A DNA stretch of 62,820 bases, filler included, from Klebsormidium nitens (lineage: Eukaryota; Plantae; Klebsormidiophyceae): NCBI GenBank assembly GCA_000708835.1. It is 5 parts of 5 records of this genome, joined end to end, with 100 filler letters (N's around TTAATTAATTAA, not from the genome) between each part and the next. Parts side by side here need not be neighbours in the genome. Positions count along the whole stretch, not along the records: positions 23,289 to 39,726 come from DF238008.1; positions 39,827 to 45,493 come from DF237764.1; positions 45,594 to 48,199 come from DF238663.1; 2 more parts are not named here. One strand, 5' to 3'. A program made the translations under genes and the position numbers. The notes under the pieces were generated by a model. That model was given only the letters and a program-made list of their open reading frames with translations. It was not told where the DNA came from and ran no database searches. Of this stretch, positions 34,901 through 48,063 are shown piece by piece. Each line of letters opens with the position of its first letter. Within the stretch, counting starts at the first letter, position 1.

Positions 34901-37900
34901 TGAAGGGGGTTGAAATGCGAACGGAGAACTAGGCGTTCCAGATGATGATCACATCATGCACGACTCGGAGGCTGAAGTCGTTGACGACCTGGGTGGGAAT
35001 TTTTACCGTCGTCCGCTACCAGCACTTAATGGATCCCGACAACTTTTACCGAGAGCAACTTCTTTTTGTTCTTTTCTTGGAGGGCTTTCTTTAGATGTTT
35101 TACACCCGGCAAGTATAAAAGGTCGTTCTCTACCGCATTTAGTTCTTGTGAAATTGTTTTCTCGGGGGACTGTGTGAGGTGAGAGCACACGTTGATAATG
35201 TTCGCGTCCAGTTTGAACATAATGAGCATTTAAAATGAAAAGAAATCGAAAAAGCAAGGACGTCGTCTTTCTGAAGAGGGTGAAAAGACTTTGGACGAGT
35301 TGATTGTGGCGCCTGATGTACAGTGTTGAAACTCATGGTAGAGAGTCGTAGCGTAGTTGAGTTACTTGTAATCGGATNNNNNNNNNNNNNNNNNNNNNNN
35401 NNNNNNNNNNNNNNNNNNNNNNNNNNNNNNNNNNNNNNNNNNNNNNNNNNNNNNNNNNNNNNNNNNNNNNNNNNNNNNNNNNNNNNNNNNNNNNNNNNNN
35501 NNNNNNNNNNNNNNNNNNNNNNNNNNNNNNNNNNNNNNNNNNNNNNNNNNNNNNNNNNNNNNNNNNNNNNNNNNNNNNNNNNNNNNNNNNNNNNNNNNNN
35601 NNNNNNNNNNNNNNNNNNNNNNNNNNNNNNNNNNNNNNNNNNNNNNNNNNNNNNNNNNNNNNNNNNNNNNNNNNNNNNNNNNNNNNNNNNNNNNNNNNNN
35701 NNNNNNNNNNNNNNNNNNNNNNNNNNNNNNNNNNNNNNNNNNNNNNNNNNNNNNNNNNNNNNNNNNNNNNNNNNNNNNNNNNNNNNNNNNNNNNNNNNNN
35801 NNNNNNNNNNNNNNNNNNNNNNNNNNNNNNNNNNNNNNNNNNNNNNNNNNNNNNNNNNNNNNNNNNNNNNNNNNNNNNNNNNNNNNNNNNNNNNNNNNNN
35901 NNNNNNNNNNNNNNNNNNNNNNNNNNNNNNNNNNNNNNNNNNNNNNNNNNNNNNNNNNNNNNNNNNNNNNNNNNNNNNNNNNNNNNNNNNNNNNNNNNNN
36001 NNNNNNNNNNNNNNNNNNNNNNNNNNNNNNNNNNNNNNNNNNNNNNNNNNNNNNNNNNNNNNNNNNNNNNNNNNNNNNNNNNNNNNNNNNNNNNNNNNNN
36101 NNNNNNNNNNNNNNNNNNNNNNNNNNNNNNNNNNNNNNNNNNNNNNNNNNGATGTATCACAATAGTGGTTTCCACCACCATAAGTCTTACGGGTCTCTCC
36201 CGTTCCACTAGGCTCACTAGCCTAAGTCACACACTACTAGGCTCACTAGCCTAGCTCACAGTCACACTCAATCTTAGCCTTCGATATCCTCATCTACGGC
36301 TTACACTGACGGACGCTCTCAACCGCCTAACCTCCAAACCGCCTAACGGTTTAACCGACCAACCGCCGTACACGCACGCCGGCGCTCACTAATCCAAACC
36401 CTAAATCGGGTCGAATTCTGATCAAATAGTAATTCCGCTGACCATAATCACCGAAATCTTACATACATCAAGTTGAATGTGAGGACGTAGAAGAGGGATT
36501 AGAGGAACACGTCGGTCAAGAGGATTTGGGTGGTGGATGAACGTATTTCGAGATGGTTCGCAAATTGAACAAGAAGCAACGGAAGGTTTTCAACTATTTT
36601 TGAATACGATTCATCGGCATCCTGCCAGCCAACAAAAGGTCTATATGGCAGGTGGTGCGCGGGAATGGAAAAGAGCGTCCTAACTTCTGCATTGTATCAA
36701 GGGCTTACTTGGTGGTCAAATAAACAATCAGTTCAATTGTAAAGAGCACTAAAAAGGTTCTAGGAATGGCCTTTACGGGTGCAGCTGCTTTCGAGGTTTC
36801 AGGGACGACAATACACTGTGCTCTTGGGGTTCCGACAACGCAATCTCTTCACAAATACCACCACCTGGATTCGAGTAGGAAAATCGAATTGAGAACAGGC
36901 TTTGCCGATTTGAAATGCATCATTATTGATGAAAGCTCATGGTTTGGAAAAACCTTTTTCGCCTTTATTGATCAACGTCTACGCAAGGTTACCGAAAGGG
37001 AAGAGTGGGCGGACTTCACGTGATTCTAGTCGGTGACCTCTTTCAGCTGCCTACGGTGAAAGGTGGGTGCGCTTTCCAAAATCTTGAAACGGAGTACAAT
37101 GTTCTTGGAGGGAATTTGTGGCAAGACAATATCGTTCTTTTTGAGCTAACTGAACAAATGCGCCAACGAGATGCGACAGTTTATGCCGATCGCTTGAATC
37201 GACTTAGAGAGGGAGATCATACTGCCGACGATGTCGCTCACTTTTCTAGTCATCGCATCAATCGATTGAACCCTCCGCCTGGCTACAATCTTATTGTCAA
37301 GCACCTCTTTGCTACAAAGGAACCGCTGGATGCGCATAATGACCTTGTTTACACCGAGTTTGACTCGCTTGCATTTCTGCAAAGCGCGTGACACTTTTTT
37401 CTCGAGAAATCTTTCGCGAGGGCGGCGCGACTGTTTTCTGCGCGAAATCCTTGAATCCCTGGAGCCGAAGAAGTTTCACGGTTACACAAGGTTCTACATT
37501 GCAAATTGGCCCTGTTGATTGAAGTAGTACTGAACGAGGATGTGAGCGACGGAATCGAATGGGGCGTATGGCTACCTCAGACCGGTTACTTTGGACGAAA
37601 TACGTGCCAACACGATTGTGGGTTGGATTCGCCAACGAACGAGTCGGAAAGCAATTGCGAAATAGGTGAAAGAGTGGCCCTCGCAGACAAGTTGTGCTCG
37701 CATCCGGAGAGCTTGGGCGGTCTGATCCAAAGTGGACCGCTTTGTATCCCGTCTTCAGGTGTCACAGGATTGCCAAGCAACAGGACTCGGAGATTCAAAG
37801 GATACAATTTATAGTACGTTCCGCGACTGCCTGCACCTTTCATTGATCGCAAGGATCAACATTGAAAGTTGCTACAATGGACTTTCAGCGGCCAGCAAAA

Positions 37901-38800
37901 TCCGGTAGCCATTACGTGGGCCTGAGTCGCTTGGCTTCTCCTCAGAATCTTTTTGTCTTGGAACTTGCTGCCGATAAAAGACGTACGTCTCCTGAAATCA
38001 AGGTTGAGATGAGGCGGCTCCGCACGACGAAACAGCTAAGCTTGTCTCTTCTACCACTCGTCAACTCTTTCCCTGCTTCGTTTACCATCGTAGCTCACAG
38101 CGCAGGGTCCTTACATGCGCATAATTCGGAGGTTCGAGCCGACGTCAATTATTTGCCGCTAATTGTATTATGCACGCAGAGACTCGTGCAAGCTCGGCAG
38201 ACCATGAAGGGCACTATGACCCGAAAGGGTATAATCTTTACCGTGCAGATGCCGTAGCAATTGAAGACGGGGACATGGAACCGCTCCATGGAACCTCGAT
38301 GCATACTCGCAGCGGCTTGTTGACCTCTTCAATCCGGGCTCACAGTCTCACAAGACTTCATATTCTCAATCAAACAATTGAAACGAACTTACCAGTATCG
38401 ACGAAATCTGTTTGGAATCTTTATACATGTCCGAAAGATTCGTCTCTACGTAGCGGTTGGCACACTGTTTAGAAGGTATATTGGAAGCTTGCAAAGTAGC
38501 AAGGTCATCATTGCAGGTGATTCTAACGTTGATCTGCTTCAAGATGAATCCGAAAAGCCGCCTCTTAAAGCGGACGATGCAGAAATACGGGTTTGCCTAG
38601 CACGTCAGGACGCATACTCACAAGTACGGAGGCCTCCTTGATCATGTTTGGACGAATCTAGGCTCAACTTTTCAAGTAAAAACTGCCGTTCCTCTTTTTG
38701 ATTGGAGTGTCCACTCGCCACTGTGATGTCGGATCTCTTTATCTTAAAACCGCACTGCGAACTTATCCTATATGCAGTTAAGGTAGTGAAGGTATTAATA
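28950..38800 (+). mobile_element. Helitron (Helentron/Helitron2-type) A: OTU, Rep, Pif1 helicase and EEP endonuclease; decayed, with nested insertions and a gap
   Basis: OTU: RVPMDGNCLF...GNHYDAV (28950-29450). Rep: EFHHRGSRQSHW and ANMDNQFCLDPYAAATYVASYMMK (32700-33310). Helicase: AFTGAAA, IIIDE, VILVGDLFQLP, ELTEQMRQ, SQGSTL, HYVGLSR (36500-37960). EEP: IIAGDSNVDLL, GGLLDHVWTN (38500-38660). Termini not identified. Confidence 0.9.
33671..34816. mobile_element. Non-autonomous DNA transposon with CAC...GTG termini and a 2-bp TT target duplication (CMC/CACTA-Mirage-like)
   Basis: Left end CACGGGACCGGTGCAAAT; right end (reverse complement) CACGGGACCGCTACGGTGCAAAT. TT flanks both ends. Excision restores the Helitron frame SLAQFAAWYEPL. 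Confidence 0.85.
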
Positions 38801-41800
38801 TTCGGTTATTTCACTTTTTTTGTGGAGCACGCTTCCTGTTTGGAAAAAGCAGGTCTGGAAGCGGCTTACCCAGCAGAAGCGGGCGTACTCTGCTCGCGTA
38901 TTACCAAGCTTTAAACGGCCTTGAACACCTTTGGAACGTCGGCAAAAAGAGCGAGCGCGCTCGCGGCGCACAATTGTTGGTGGGCGGGCGTGGGCGTTTG
39001 TGAACGTCGCCCGGGCGGCTTTCGATGTAGCGGAGCTCGGCACCGGAGTGTGCGGCCGACACCTGGTACGTCATCTCTATTATAGCTTCTTCCGTATAGG
39101 CTTTCCAGATACACACGCCCGCAGCTGCATATCAAAGGTCCGGGCCGATTGCAGTTGACGTCAGCGGACGTCGCTTCTTCTTTTTCATTACTTTCGCGAG
39201 ACGAGTTAGGTTTTTGTCCCCTATAAAACCGGCGTCATAATTTTTTTGAAGGAATCATCCCCTATTTGATTGAGACAGTTCTCAACAAGTACGGACCATA
39301 CTTGCGAACCATTCTGTTGAAACACGGCGTTGTTGGAAGTGATATTCAATCAATCAAGTACACACAGTGTATATGGAGTGTTCCGAGTCACGGCCTATCT
39401 CTAGGTCTACACTTTAGCCTAGTAGGCTCACGTTTTGTAGCAAAATTGGTGCTGAAAACTGTGGACCGTCACCTAGTAAGTCCGAAAATTTCACTCTATA
39501 CTGTACATCCACGGCTATCATCGAACCTACACAATATCGACGGTTATCGCCAAGTCACTCGGGTGTAACGCTGTAATCCGCGCGCACTTAACCGCGTAAC
39601 CTTAACTTCTAGTTACCGTCGAATTAGCGTCGATGTCGTGATCCTAAAACCCTAGAATCACCAAGAGATTCGGTCCTTTAATGCCCGTATCTCAACATTC
39701 CCCCACACACTAATGACTATGCGATTNNNNNNNNNNNNNNNNNNNNNNNNNNNNNNNNNNNNNNNNNNNNTTAATTAATTAANNNNNNNNNNNNNNNNNN
39801 NNNNNNNNNNNNNNNNNNNNNNNNNNTCTGATTCGCATGCGGGCATAGGTACTAGTAAGAGAAGAGAAGTGTCCATACGCACGGCGGTGTCGGACTGGCG
39901 GTTCGTAGGACAGCAGGCTCAGGCAGGTAGATACAAAGGTACGGTATACGCCGTACGGTATATAGTACTAAGACGGTTTCTTTCAAGTGTAGAGCGGACT
40001 CAGCGGAGCGATTCATGAGTACATACTAATGATACGTCCAGATCAAAAGCCTTTCTACATGTAACCAATATAGCATCTCTCAACATGTGAGTTATTTCTG
40101 CAAACATCCTTGTTGAGTCGGAACATGTACGTTGAGAACATGTCAAGTTGGTGGCACACTCGTTCAAGTTCCACAGGCGGTCCTGCACAGCTAGAGCCTC
40201 GACTAGCTCATCTGCAATAAGGAAACGCGTTGTCCGGCCGAACCGGGGTCATACAAGAGATCATTTGGAAGACGTGTATATCGACTGCAGGCTTCAATCA
40301 TTAGATGTTGATGCATCTGACTGTGCATGTGCCACCATTGAACGGTTGCGACAACTGCCTCACATTATCTTGAATGCTACCGACCTCCCTTAAACCTTTG
40401 ATGGTGCTAGTAGCACCATGGTAGGCCTCGGTACGGTGCCTCGATCCTTGTATCGTTGAATCTAGCGATGGCAGTATCAGCGATTATGTCCACTACCTTT
40501 GTAGGCCTTGCTGTTGACTATATTTCAGGTCGTGACTGTCCATCAAGTTACGCGATACCACCGTCTCATCAGTCCAACCACTTTTTAAATGCTAGCAAGC
40601 TTTCAGCTTGTCAGGACAACGGACTGTCAGGCGCAACTACTAACTTATCCAGAAAATACAAGCGAGCTATTGTTCGGCGGGCTCGTGGTACGCCAGGGAG
40701 TTGCAAGCCTGAATCACCAAGAAAACAAGGAATGACATCAGTCAGACAATTGCCCAAAGCTGCTAAAAGCAGACTGCACCACGGTCTTTGAAGCGTGGCT
40801 AAAGAGCATAGCCTTGGACAGGGCTTCGGATTCACCGTAGAATTCGGCGGCAGCAGGTTCAACAAGTTGCGTAGTGATGTGCGGGCAGCGCACCCGCAAG
40901 ATACAAATAGCAAGTGTAATCTGGCTTACCAAGATCTTTAGACAGTCACGAGAGCCCGTCTCCAGCGACCCTTCAAGTGACAGATTCTCGAACAGGCCAA
41001 GAAAAGATAACTCTCGAACCCCAGAGTACTCCAGCCTATGCCATGTTGGATCAAAAGTGGTGCGAACAGAGGAATGCTTGCCGATCAGCAATCCATAGAT
41101 CAACCTGATTCGTGCCACATAATTAAAGGTCTAAGTTGGCAACTTAGACCTTTCGCTCAGCGATGGCGTGCCTGGCTCTCGGTTAGGCCTTTCCGTACCT
41201 TGAGAAAAAGCGTCGTACACTTCGGGCGACGAATCCGAACATCCCTAGCTTTGGCCGCACGGAATCAGAGGCGCTCTCATCAGCCCCCGTCACACTGCAA
41301 AGGGGCACCGGGACTGCGTTTTGACACCTGAGCGAGGAACCGACTCAAAGGTCTGGTCGAAATGGGAGCGCTCTTCGCAGTGTCGCTCAATGGAAACGGT
41401 GGGGTTTTTAACGGACGTAAGAGGGACAATCTACATGGTCGGGTCGAAAGAAGAGTCAGAGGCAGTATGCCTCTCTACCGAGGTCAGAGCAGAACTGGAA
41501 CGGCCTTGAGAGACGTCCAAATGCAGCTGAGGCAAGATGTGAGCGGGTGCAAATATACAGACTTCTTCTCATCCGAAGAAACGAGTGGGATGGCAGGTTT
41601 ACTTACCACAAAGGTGAGAATTCTCGTTGGCAACAAGATAGCTTACTGAATTAACTCAGGAACAAGGTCAACAAAGAGAGGTTAAGCATCAGCTAAGAAT
41701 TGGGTTGATGACTGATCAAGGAGTCTTCTACATATACGAAACCAGGTCAAAATCTAGGCCGAAACGAGGGCAGAAAAAGGGTCAAGAAAACCGGTCAGAT

Positions 41801-44479
41801 AACCTGCAGATATACAATCGAAGGACTTATCGACCGAAAGCAACGGAAAGCTACTCGACATCTCTGACTTCGTCTCTGCCTCAAGCTAACGAACCGTGCT
41901 TCGAGCTCTTATGCCTTACCTCTCTTTGGCGACAGGTGTTTCTTCTTCGACAGCCAAGATCTTTTTGGAAGCGGAGGCTTGATCAGATTTTGGACCTACA
42001 ACACTCGACTCTTTACGCGCACGGTCCTCAATCGGAGGTTCCGATTCCGCTCTTTGCGGCTCCGCCGGAGCGCCGCTTTTTCCGTTCGACTCCGCTCTAC
42101 CTGATCCTGACACCTCCGGGGAATCCGTTTTGACGACTTTATTAGAAACCGCATTCTGCACCCGAGGCCCAGCGTCACTACTCACTTCTCCTAGCTCCGA
42201 CGAGGTCGGATCCAGTTGAGGAGTTAACAACACGTGTCCCCTGCCTATTGGCTGGAGGGACGCGTCACTAGGTGCCTCGGACGCGTTCCCTTTGGAGTTG
42301 TTCGTCGCAGCCTCCGTTTCAGAAGGCACCGCATCTCCGCACTCCCCGCCGCCGACTTGGTTGATGACCGAGGAAGCCAGTACTGTCCAGTCCTGCATAA
42401 AAAGAGGAACAACAGATTCTCAGACTATGTTAAAGGTTTAAAGGTTCTCTTGTCTCTCTGCAGAGCGTTCTGACGACCCCTTTGGAAACAAACGCTTGGT
42501 GCTTTTCCCTGCTTGCTTATCGAAGAAGAGGGGGCCTCGCTCGTTTTAGTCCCTTATCAACGGACTCGCAGAGAAGCAGATTAACATAATGATAATCACA
42601 GGCCTTATCTCTTCCGCGTGCCTTATAAAGAGGCGAAGAAGTAAGCGTCGAAATCCAGAATTCTTGAACAAATCGAGAAGAACACGACGGGAGTGCTCGA
42701 TCCGAGACAATAAAGCATTGAGAAGTTCCGTTCCGTGTGTCAGCAGCATTTCAATAAGTATTCGCTTCGAGGAAAATTCCATACGTCAAGTATCAAACTT
42801 CCGGCTTCGTAATTTCAATCGACAAGGGGGTAGCGAATGGCTTGTCATGACTGCTAGCATCCAGAATCTGAACCGAAGGAGTTCTCGGGCATTCACCCCA
42901 GAACGTGCGACCTAACCCGTGTACTTATTTTGGAATCTCGCCGCCCGTTCCTCTTGAACGCGGACGGACTCTGTCTGACTGAGCGGTTCACTTCCAGATC
43001 AAGACCGTCTCTAAGCCAGGGATCTGACCCGACCAGAACTTCGCAAAATCCGCAAAATCTGAGACATCGGCCGGGAGACACTCACCGGGCGCTCTGCTTC
43101 CGGAAGGACAGACCAGTGAGGCGCTTCCCCGGCCACTGGAGGAGTGAAGTCGTACACTGCCTCCCACTTATTTTGCCCCGGGGGGAGGTTCGCTGCTTTG
43201 AACTGAGACTCCGCCTCTGGGTACGAAGGCAGCCTGCAGAATAGAAAGACGGTTCGTAGATCGTTTCACTGGTCACGGGAAGATTGATTGTGACAAGGTT
43301 TACCTAGCTCAAACGTCTGTGCTGCAGTCCCTCAAATGGACCAGAGGCTTTCCGAGCACATTAGAAGGGACGTAAGCGGCACAAACTCGTTTTAGAGCTT
43401 TACCTGAGGTTACGAGATCATCGAAACGGTACACGGGGCATCCGATCAGCAACTTGATAGGCAACGTGGCAATGTCAGCGACGTTATACCCACAACCTCC
43501 AGCTTCTTTACAACAGCATACCTTTTGCTATAACATCTGACTTTGACAACGGTGGTAAACGGACAACCTATGTACAAGCCACCCCCGACGGTCTTTTCAA
43601 GCTGGTTCGATATCCCATTATTTGTTGCTTGCAAACGACCCGATCAAAGAAAGGAACCCAGAGAACGGCTTTACGTTTCGATCCTATCAAACTGGAGTCG
43701 GCCCCTTACCATGGGCAGAACCGGACACCGGAAGACGATTCGATGATGGGGTCCGTTGCAACGTGGAGACTGACATCGATGTTGTGGCAGTCGCGGGTGC
43801 GCAGCTGTCGGCTGCAAAGAAGGAGTGGCTGATGTCAGCAGTTCTGTTATCGCCCTTAGATTATCGTCCAGTTGTTGAAGCCTCTCGCTTGCAGATATGC
43901 AGAGGAGCGGACGACACGCATACAACTTCCGCTGAAGCTGACCTGACACTCATCCTTGGTTCAAAACTGGCGGCTTGATAACAATCCTGATCTGGACCAC
44001 TGGGGAACTTGGGTCGTTCGATGAGCCAAGCTCAGCCTTAATTAGGCTCAGGTGATGTAAAATCCAAAATATGGAGTCACGGCGGCTGAGTCTGACAAAA
44101 AACGACTCGGTGTGAACAAGAGGCATAGTTGACACCAGCTAGACCCTGGCTGCCATTCGGAGCTCATCAACCAAGATACGCAGGACTGTGATTTCTTCGT
44201 GACCTGAAGGAGAATCGTTTCGAATCAGGTGCTTTTCAAGTTGGTTGAAGTTTGTCGAAGGCCCGGTAGCCGACAAGGTCGAGGTGACTTGATAGATTCT
44301 GTCCATTTTCTGTCTTGGTACCATTCTCGTGATAGACCTGTCGTTCTTTCTTCGATCTGTTGTCTGTTTGCCGCACGTAGAGACACTGGTGGCTTATTGA
44401 CCTTATGACCCTGTCTAAAGTCCTCAGACTTCGATTGAAAAGTTTCAGGTTGCGACAATGGTAGTACTTGAGGTTCTGG

Positions 44480-44700
44480 AAGCAGCGGGGTACAAGTGCT
44501 CACCATGCAACAGCCACTTTGCAATCGCGGCAGTCTCGGAAAAAGGCGGGACCGTCGACTGGGCCGATGAGAATCTCGCAGCGGGTGCAGTTGTCGATCT
44601 GGACTTGGGAGGAATGGTCCAGCAGATACACTTTGCAGTCTGTCAGGTCTTCTAGAATAAAGTCAATGCTGCAGTGGGGCAAGAGATCCATATTTAGCTG
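44480..44700 (-). pseudogene. C-CAP/cofactor-C (TBCC/RP2-like) domain fragment
   Basis: FILEDLTDCKVYLLDHSSQVQIDNCTRCEILIGPVDGPAFFRDCRDCKVAVAW* has the typical beta-helix pattern and ends in a stop. Confidence 0.7.
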
Positions 44701-45593
44701 ACTGAGATTGACGTCTGTTTGAGATTCCTCTTGGATATAGTGGCCACTTGAGGAGCAGTGGCCCAGCATATACATGGTGCACTTGTTTCAGGTCTTTTGA
44801 ATGAAGTCATTGCTGCAATCGGGTAAGAGACTGACCAACCCTGGTGAGCTGCATTGAGCTAGTCAGTATCTGACATTGACAAATACTGTATGAAGTACCA
44901 GCTGAAGAGACACAGCTGAATGCAGCTACACAGATACAACGAACAAGTGCCAGCACAGTGCAGCTCCTTATGCGAATAATAGCTCGTGGTGCGACAAGCT
45001 AATTAGTAGTCCAAAAGGCAGTCTATCCTGTATGATAGATGTGAGAGGCATGTGAGCCACCCTTTGCTCACCCGTTGATGCTGCCAGGCAGCTTGACAAG
45101 CGTTGCCTTCTCTTGCTTGCTGAACTGGAAGTCCTTCGGATCAGGCCGAGCTTTTCCCTTGCTTGCCATCTCTCGTCAAGCTTGCTGCCAATTGTCAGTT
45201 CGTGGCATGAGATGAAAGAGAATAAATCCAGCTCTTCGGATTCGGCTTTGTCTCCAGAGATCTCAATCGCGGGTGTCTGAGAGGCTGATGAGAAGTGTCT
45301 TGAACGCGGTTGAAGGAGGTACTTCAAGACGCCACGGACAAAAGCGCCCACGTCACAGTACTGCGCTACAGTCTGTGCTACAATATTGTCACGAAGGATG
45401 TAAACACGGATGTAGCTAAATGATTTTTATAGAGCTGTAGAGCACTGTAGGATGTGGGAATTGGTGGGTCGGTGATTGTAAGGACCTGTCTGGNNNNNNN
45501 NNNNNNNNNNNNNNNNNNNNNNNNNNNNNNNNNNNNNTTAATTAATTAANNNNNNNNNNNNNNNNNNNNNNNNNNNNNNNNNNNNNNNNNNNN

Positions 45594-48063
45594 CACAGAA
45601 GTGCCCGCATGTCTAATTGTGCGTCTGACGTCCATATTACCCCTGCGCGCTTCTGCGTAAGCCTGATCCATTAGCTTACTCAACCGATAGTCTGTCTTCA
45701 TCATATAAGAACTGATATAGTTAGCAGCAGCGTATGGCTCTAGAACAATCTGAATATCCATGTTTGTTTCTAGCAGCTGTACAAGTCCCGGATTATAATT
45801 GTTGATGAATATCTCAGAAGGCTCGCGACGTAAGAGCACAGCCGGCTTCATCAGACTCGCACGCAATCCCAGAACGTATTCGTCTACGCTGAGACTCAAT
45901 TTACCGTAGAAATGAAAGCAGGAGACTTGCTGACATAAGCTGACAATCGTCCGATAATTCCGCGAGACCTCTGATAATTCTCCGATAAAAACGTTTGCAT
46001 TCACCCACGCGAGACGAAGAGAGGTAGTCGGGGAGCGGGTGCAGAATCATCGTCTCGTGCAGAGGAGGTCGCGGAAAGCCAAAACGGCAGACAAATTTCG
46101 AATTTGAAAGCTTGCGTTGTAAACAGTCCCACGTACTATGATGATGAGTTTGTCCCGCAATGTTTGACGCAGAAGCTTTCGAAGCAGAACAGGTGACAAG
46201 CTCTTCGATGAAAGCAATCACGTCCAAGTCTGCATCGATTCCAAACCGTGGCGCATTTTCGATGTAAAACGCCGCATGAGTGTGCGGCGACCCCCGTTGC
46301 TGAAATTCGTCACGCCAAAAGAAATCTGTCACCTTACCTATCAAGCAAGAATATTTCTGCAAAGCAGAGAACAAATGACTCCGCCGATTGCCGTAGCAAC
46401 GTGCTACGGGCACCGGATCGTTCCGAACTAGCTGGACTTTTTGAAACCAAGGAAGATCCAATGCAGCAGACTCGGTCAGTATCTTACCCGTTGACAGCTT
46501 GTACAGCGTACGTAGCAGACCTCCCCAATGTGTTTCCGCCATCGTAAACGTTGCAAAGATATTGAAAGGCCCAAGTTGTCGAATCATGCAGAAAGCTTGC
46601 TTCTGTCCCTGTCTATCGTAATCGGGACTGCCTCGTAGAGTTTTCAAATCATGGTACCCCACATTCTGAGATACAAGAGCAGCCCACGCCGCAGGATCAC
46701 GAACTTCACTAACCTTTGGAAACGGTCTACCCTCCAGCTTCTTTTTCCGCAGCCGCAGCCAAGATTGACTATTTATAACGATCGTCTGAAGCTTTTGGAA
46801 CTTGTAGAAGATCGACGACGCGTGCTTCGCAAAACGCCTATCAAAATTCGTCAATTCAAACTTCGTAAGCTGGGAATAGCTAAGAGGAGTAAGCGGACGC
46901 GCTAGCCCGTTGAAAAGACAAGGAAAAGCTTTTTCTTCATTGTGAGCATCGAAGAGCATACCCACCGGCGTCTGGCCATCACTTGACGCGACATTTACAG
47001 TGTTCCCGAACGAAGTAAGGGACGAAGTGTCCACGAGCAACGTCACCTCCGGAGGAAGTTCGCCTTCTTCGACTTCTTTAGTGTGAGAGCGACTTTCTGC
47101 TTCTTCGTCAGAATCAGATTCAGAAGAAAAAACAGCATTCAAATCAAGCACGCCGCCCTCTAAGCCAACGGCCTCCTTGAACGCAACGACCGACCGAGAC
47201 GTGACGTCAGCAATCCAATCATACCGTATCGTAACGTGCGCTTCCTGCCATAACGTTGCGTGAGAAGTCAGATATTTGAGAGCTTCAAATAACTTGGCAG
47301 GGCGCACATTTTCCGCTGCCTTGTAGCACGCCTTATAACGCAGTTTGTACTTAATGGTCACAGGCACAGTACCCTCACCTTCTATGAATCTAGGCACAGC
47401 AAGTTGAACTTTACTTAAGTCAGCAGGCACATTCACAACCATTCCCCGCAGAGCTAGCTGACCCAACTTTCTGGGACCGCCTGCTGCAGACGGTGGCAAA
47501 CCCCGCAATTTCATAAACGGAATAATCAATGCAATGAGGTCATTTTCCATACTCGTCAGATCCTGAAGAGCTGGATCTAAAGAGCACAAATCAGGTTGAC
47601 GACACGGCGCCATTGGCGGCGTCCTCTTTTTGGAGATGTAGCCGTACTAGCAAGTTCGACACAACCATTCTCGACCGTCTACAGAAGGACGATTTGTTAA
47701 CCACATCTGAGCTTGTTCAGCGCCAAGAGAAGCCTTCATATCCTCAGGAACCGCACGCACAGAATGAGAAAACCAGGTTCGGCGACAGCAGATACAGACG
47801 TACTCTGGACCATCATTATTATGCCTCCGAAATTCGCTTGATGCATCCTCAAATGAAAGACCTGTTTTATCGTGAGACGGAAGATCTGTAGTTGACTTAA
47901 CCAGCGCAAGCGCGCTGTGCACTTTCGCAACGATCGCGTCACACAGCTGGAGTTCATAATGTAACGGAAAGTTTAGCCGTCTCGACTCGCCACACAATCT
48001 AGCAGCATAATCATGAACCATTGCTGCTTCTATCTCAATGGCACAGACTCCAAGATCCAACAT
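45594..48063 (-). mobile_element. Helitron B Rep region (different family from A), flanked by gaps
   Basis: CICCRRTW...CRTC zinc motif; 570-aa ORF 45901-47613 with LIIPFMKL...GMVVNVP, TLRGSPDY and the HUH motif EFQQRGSPHTH; then TNMDIQIVLEPYAAANYISSYMMK. Confidence 0.9.

Noticed and set aside
35323-36217. 280-aa and 294-aa ORFs in the ORF track
   Set aside because: They consist almost entirely of Ns.
39640-39656. Telomere-like CCTAAAACCCTA (similar short motifs near 36395 and 23385)
   Set aside because: Only 1-1.5 units each, too short to call interstitial telomeric arrays.
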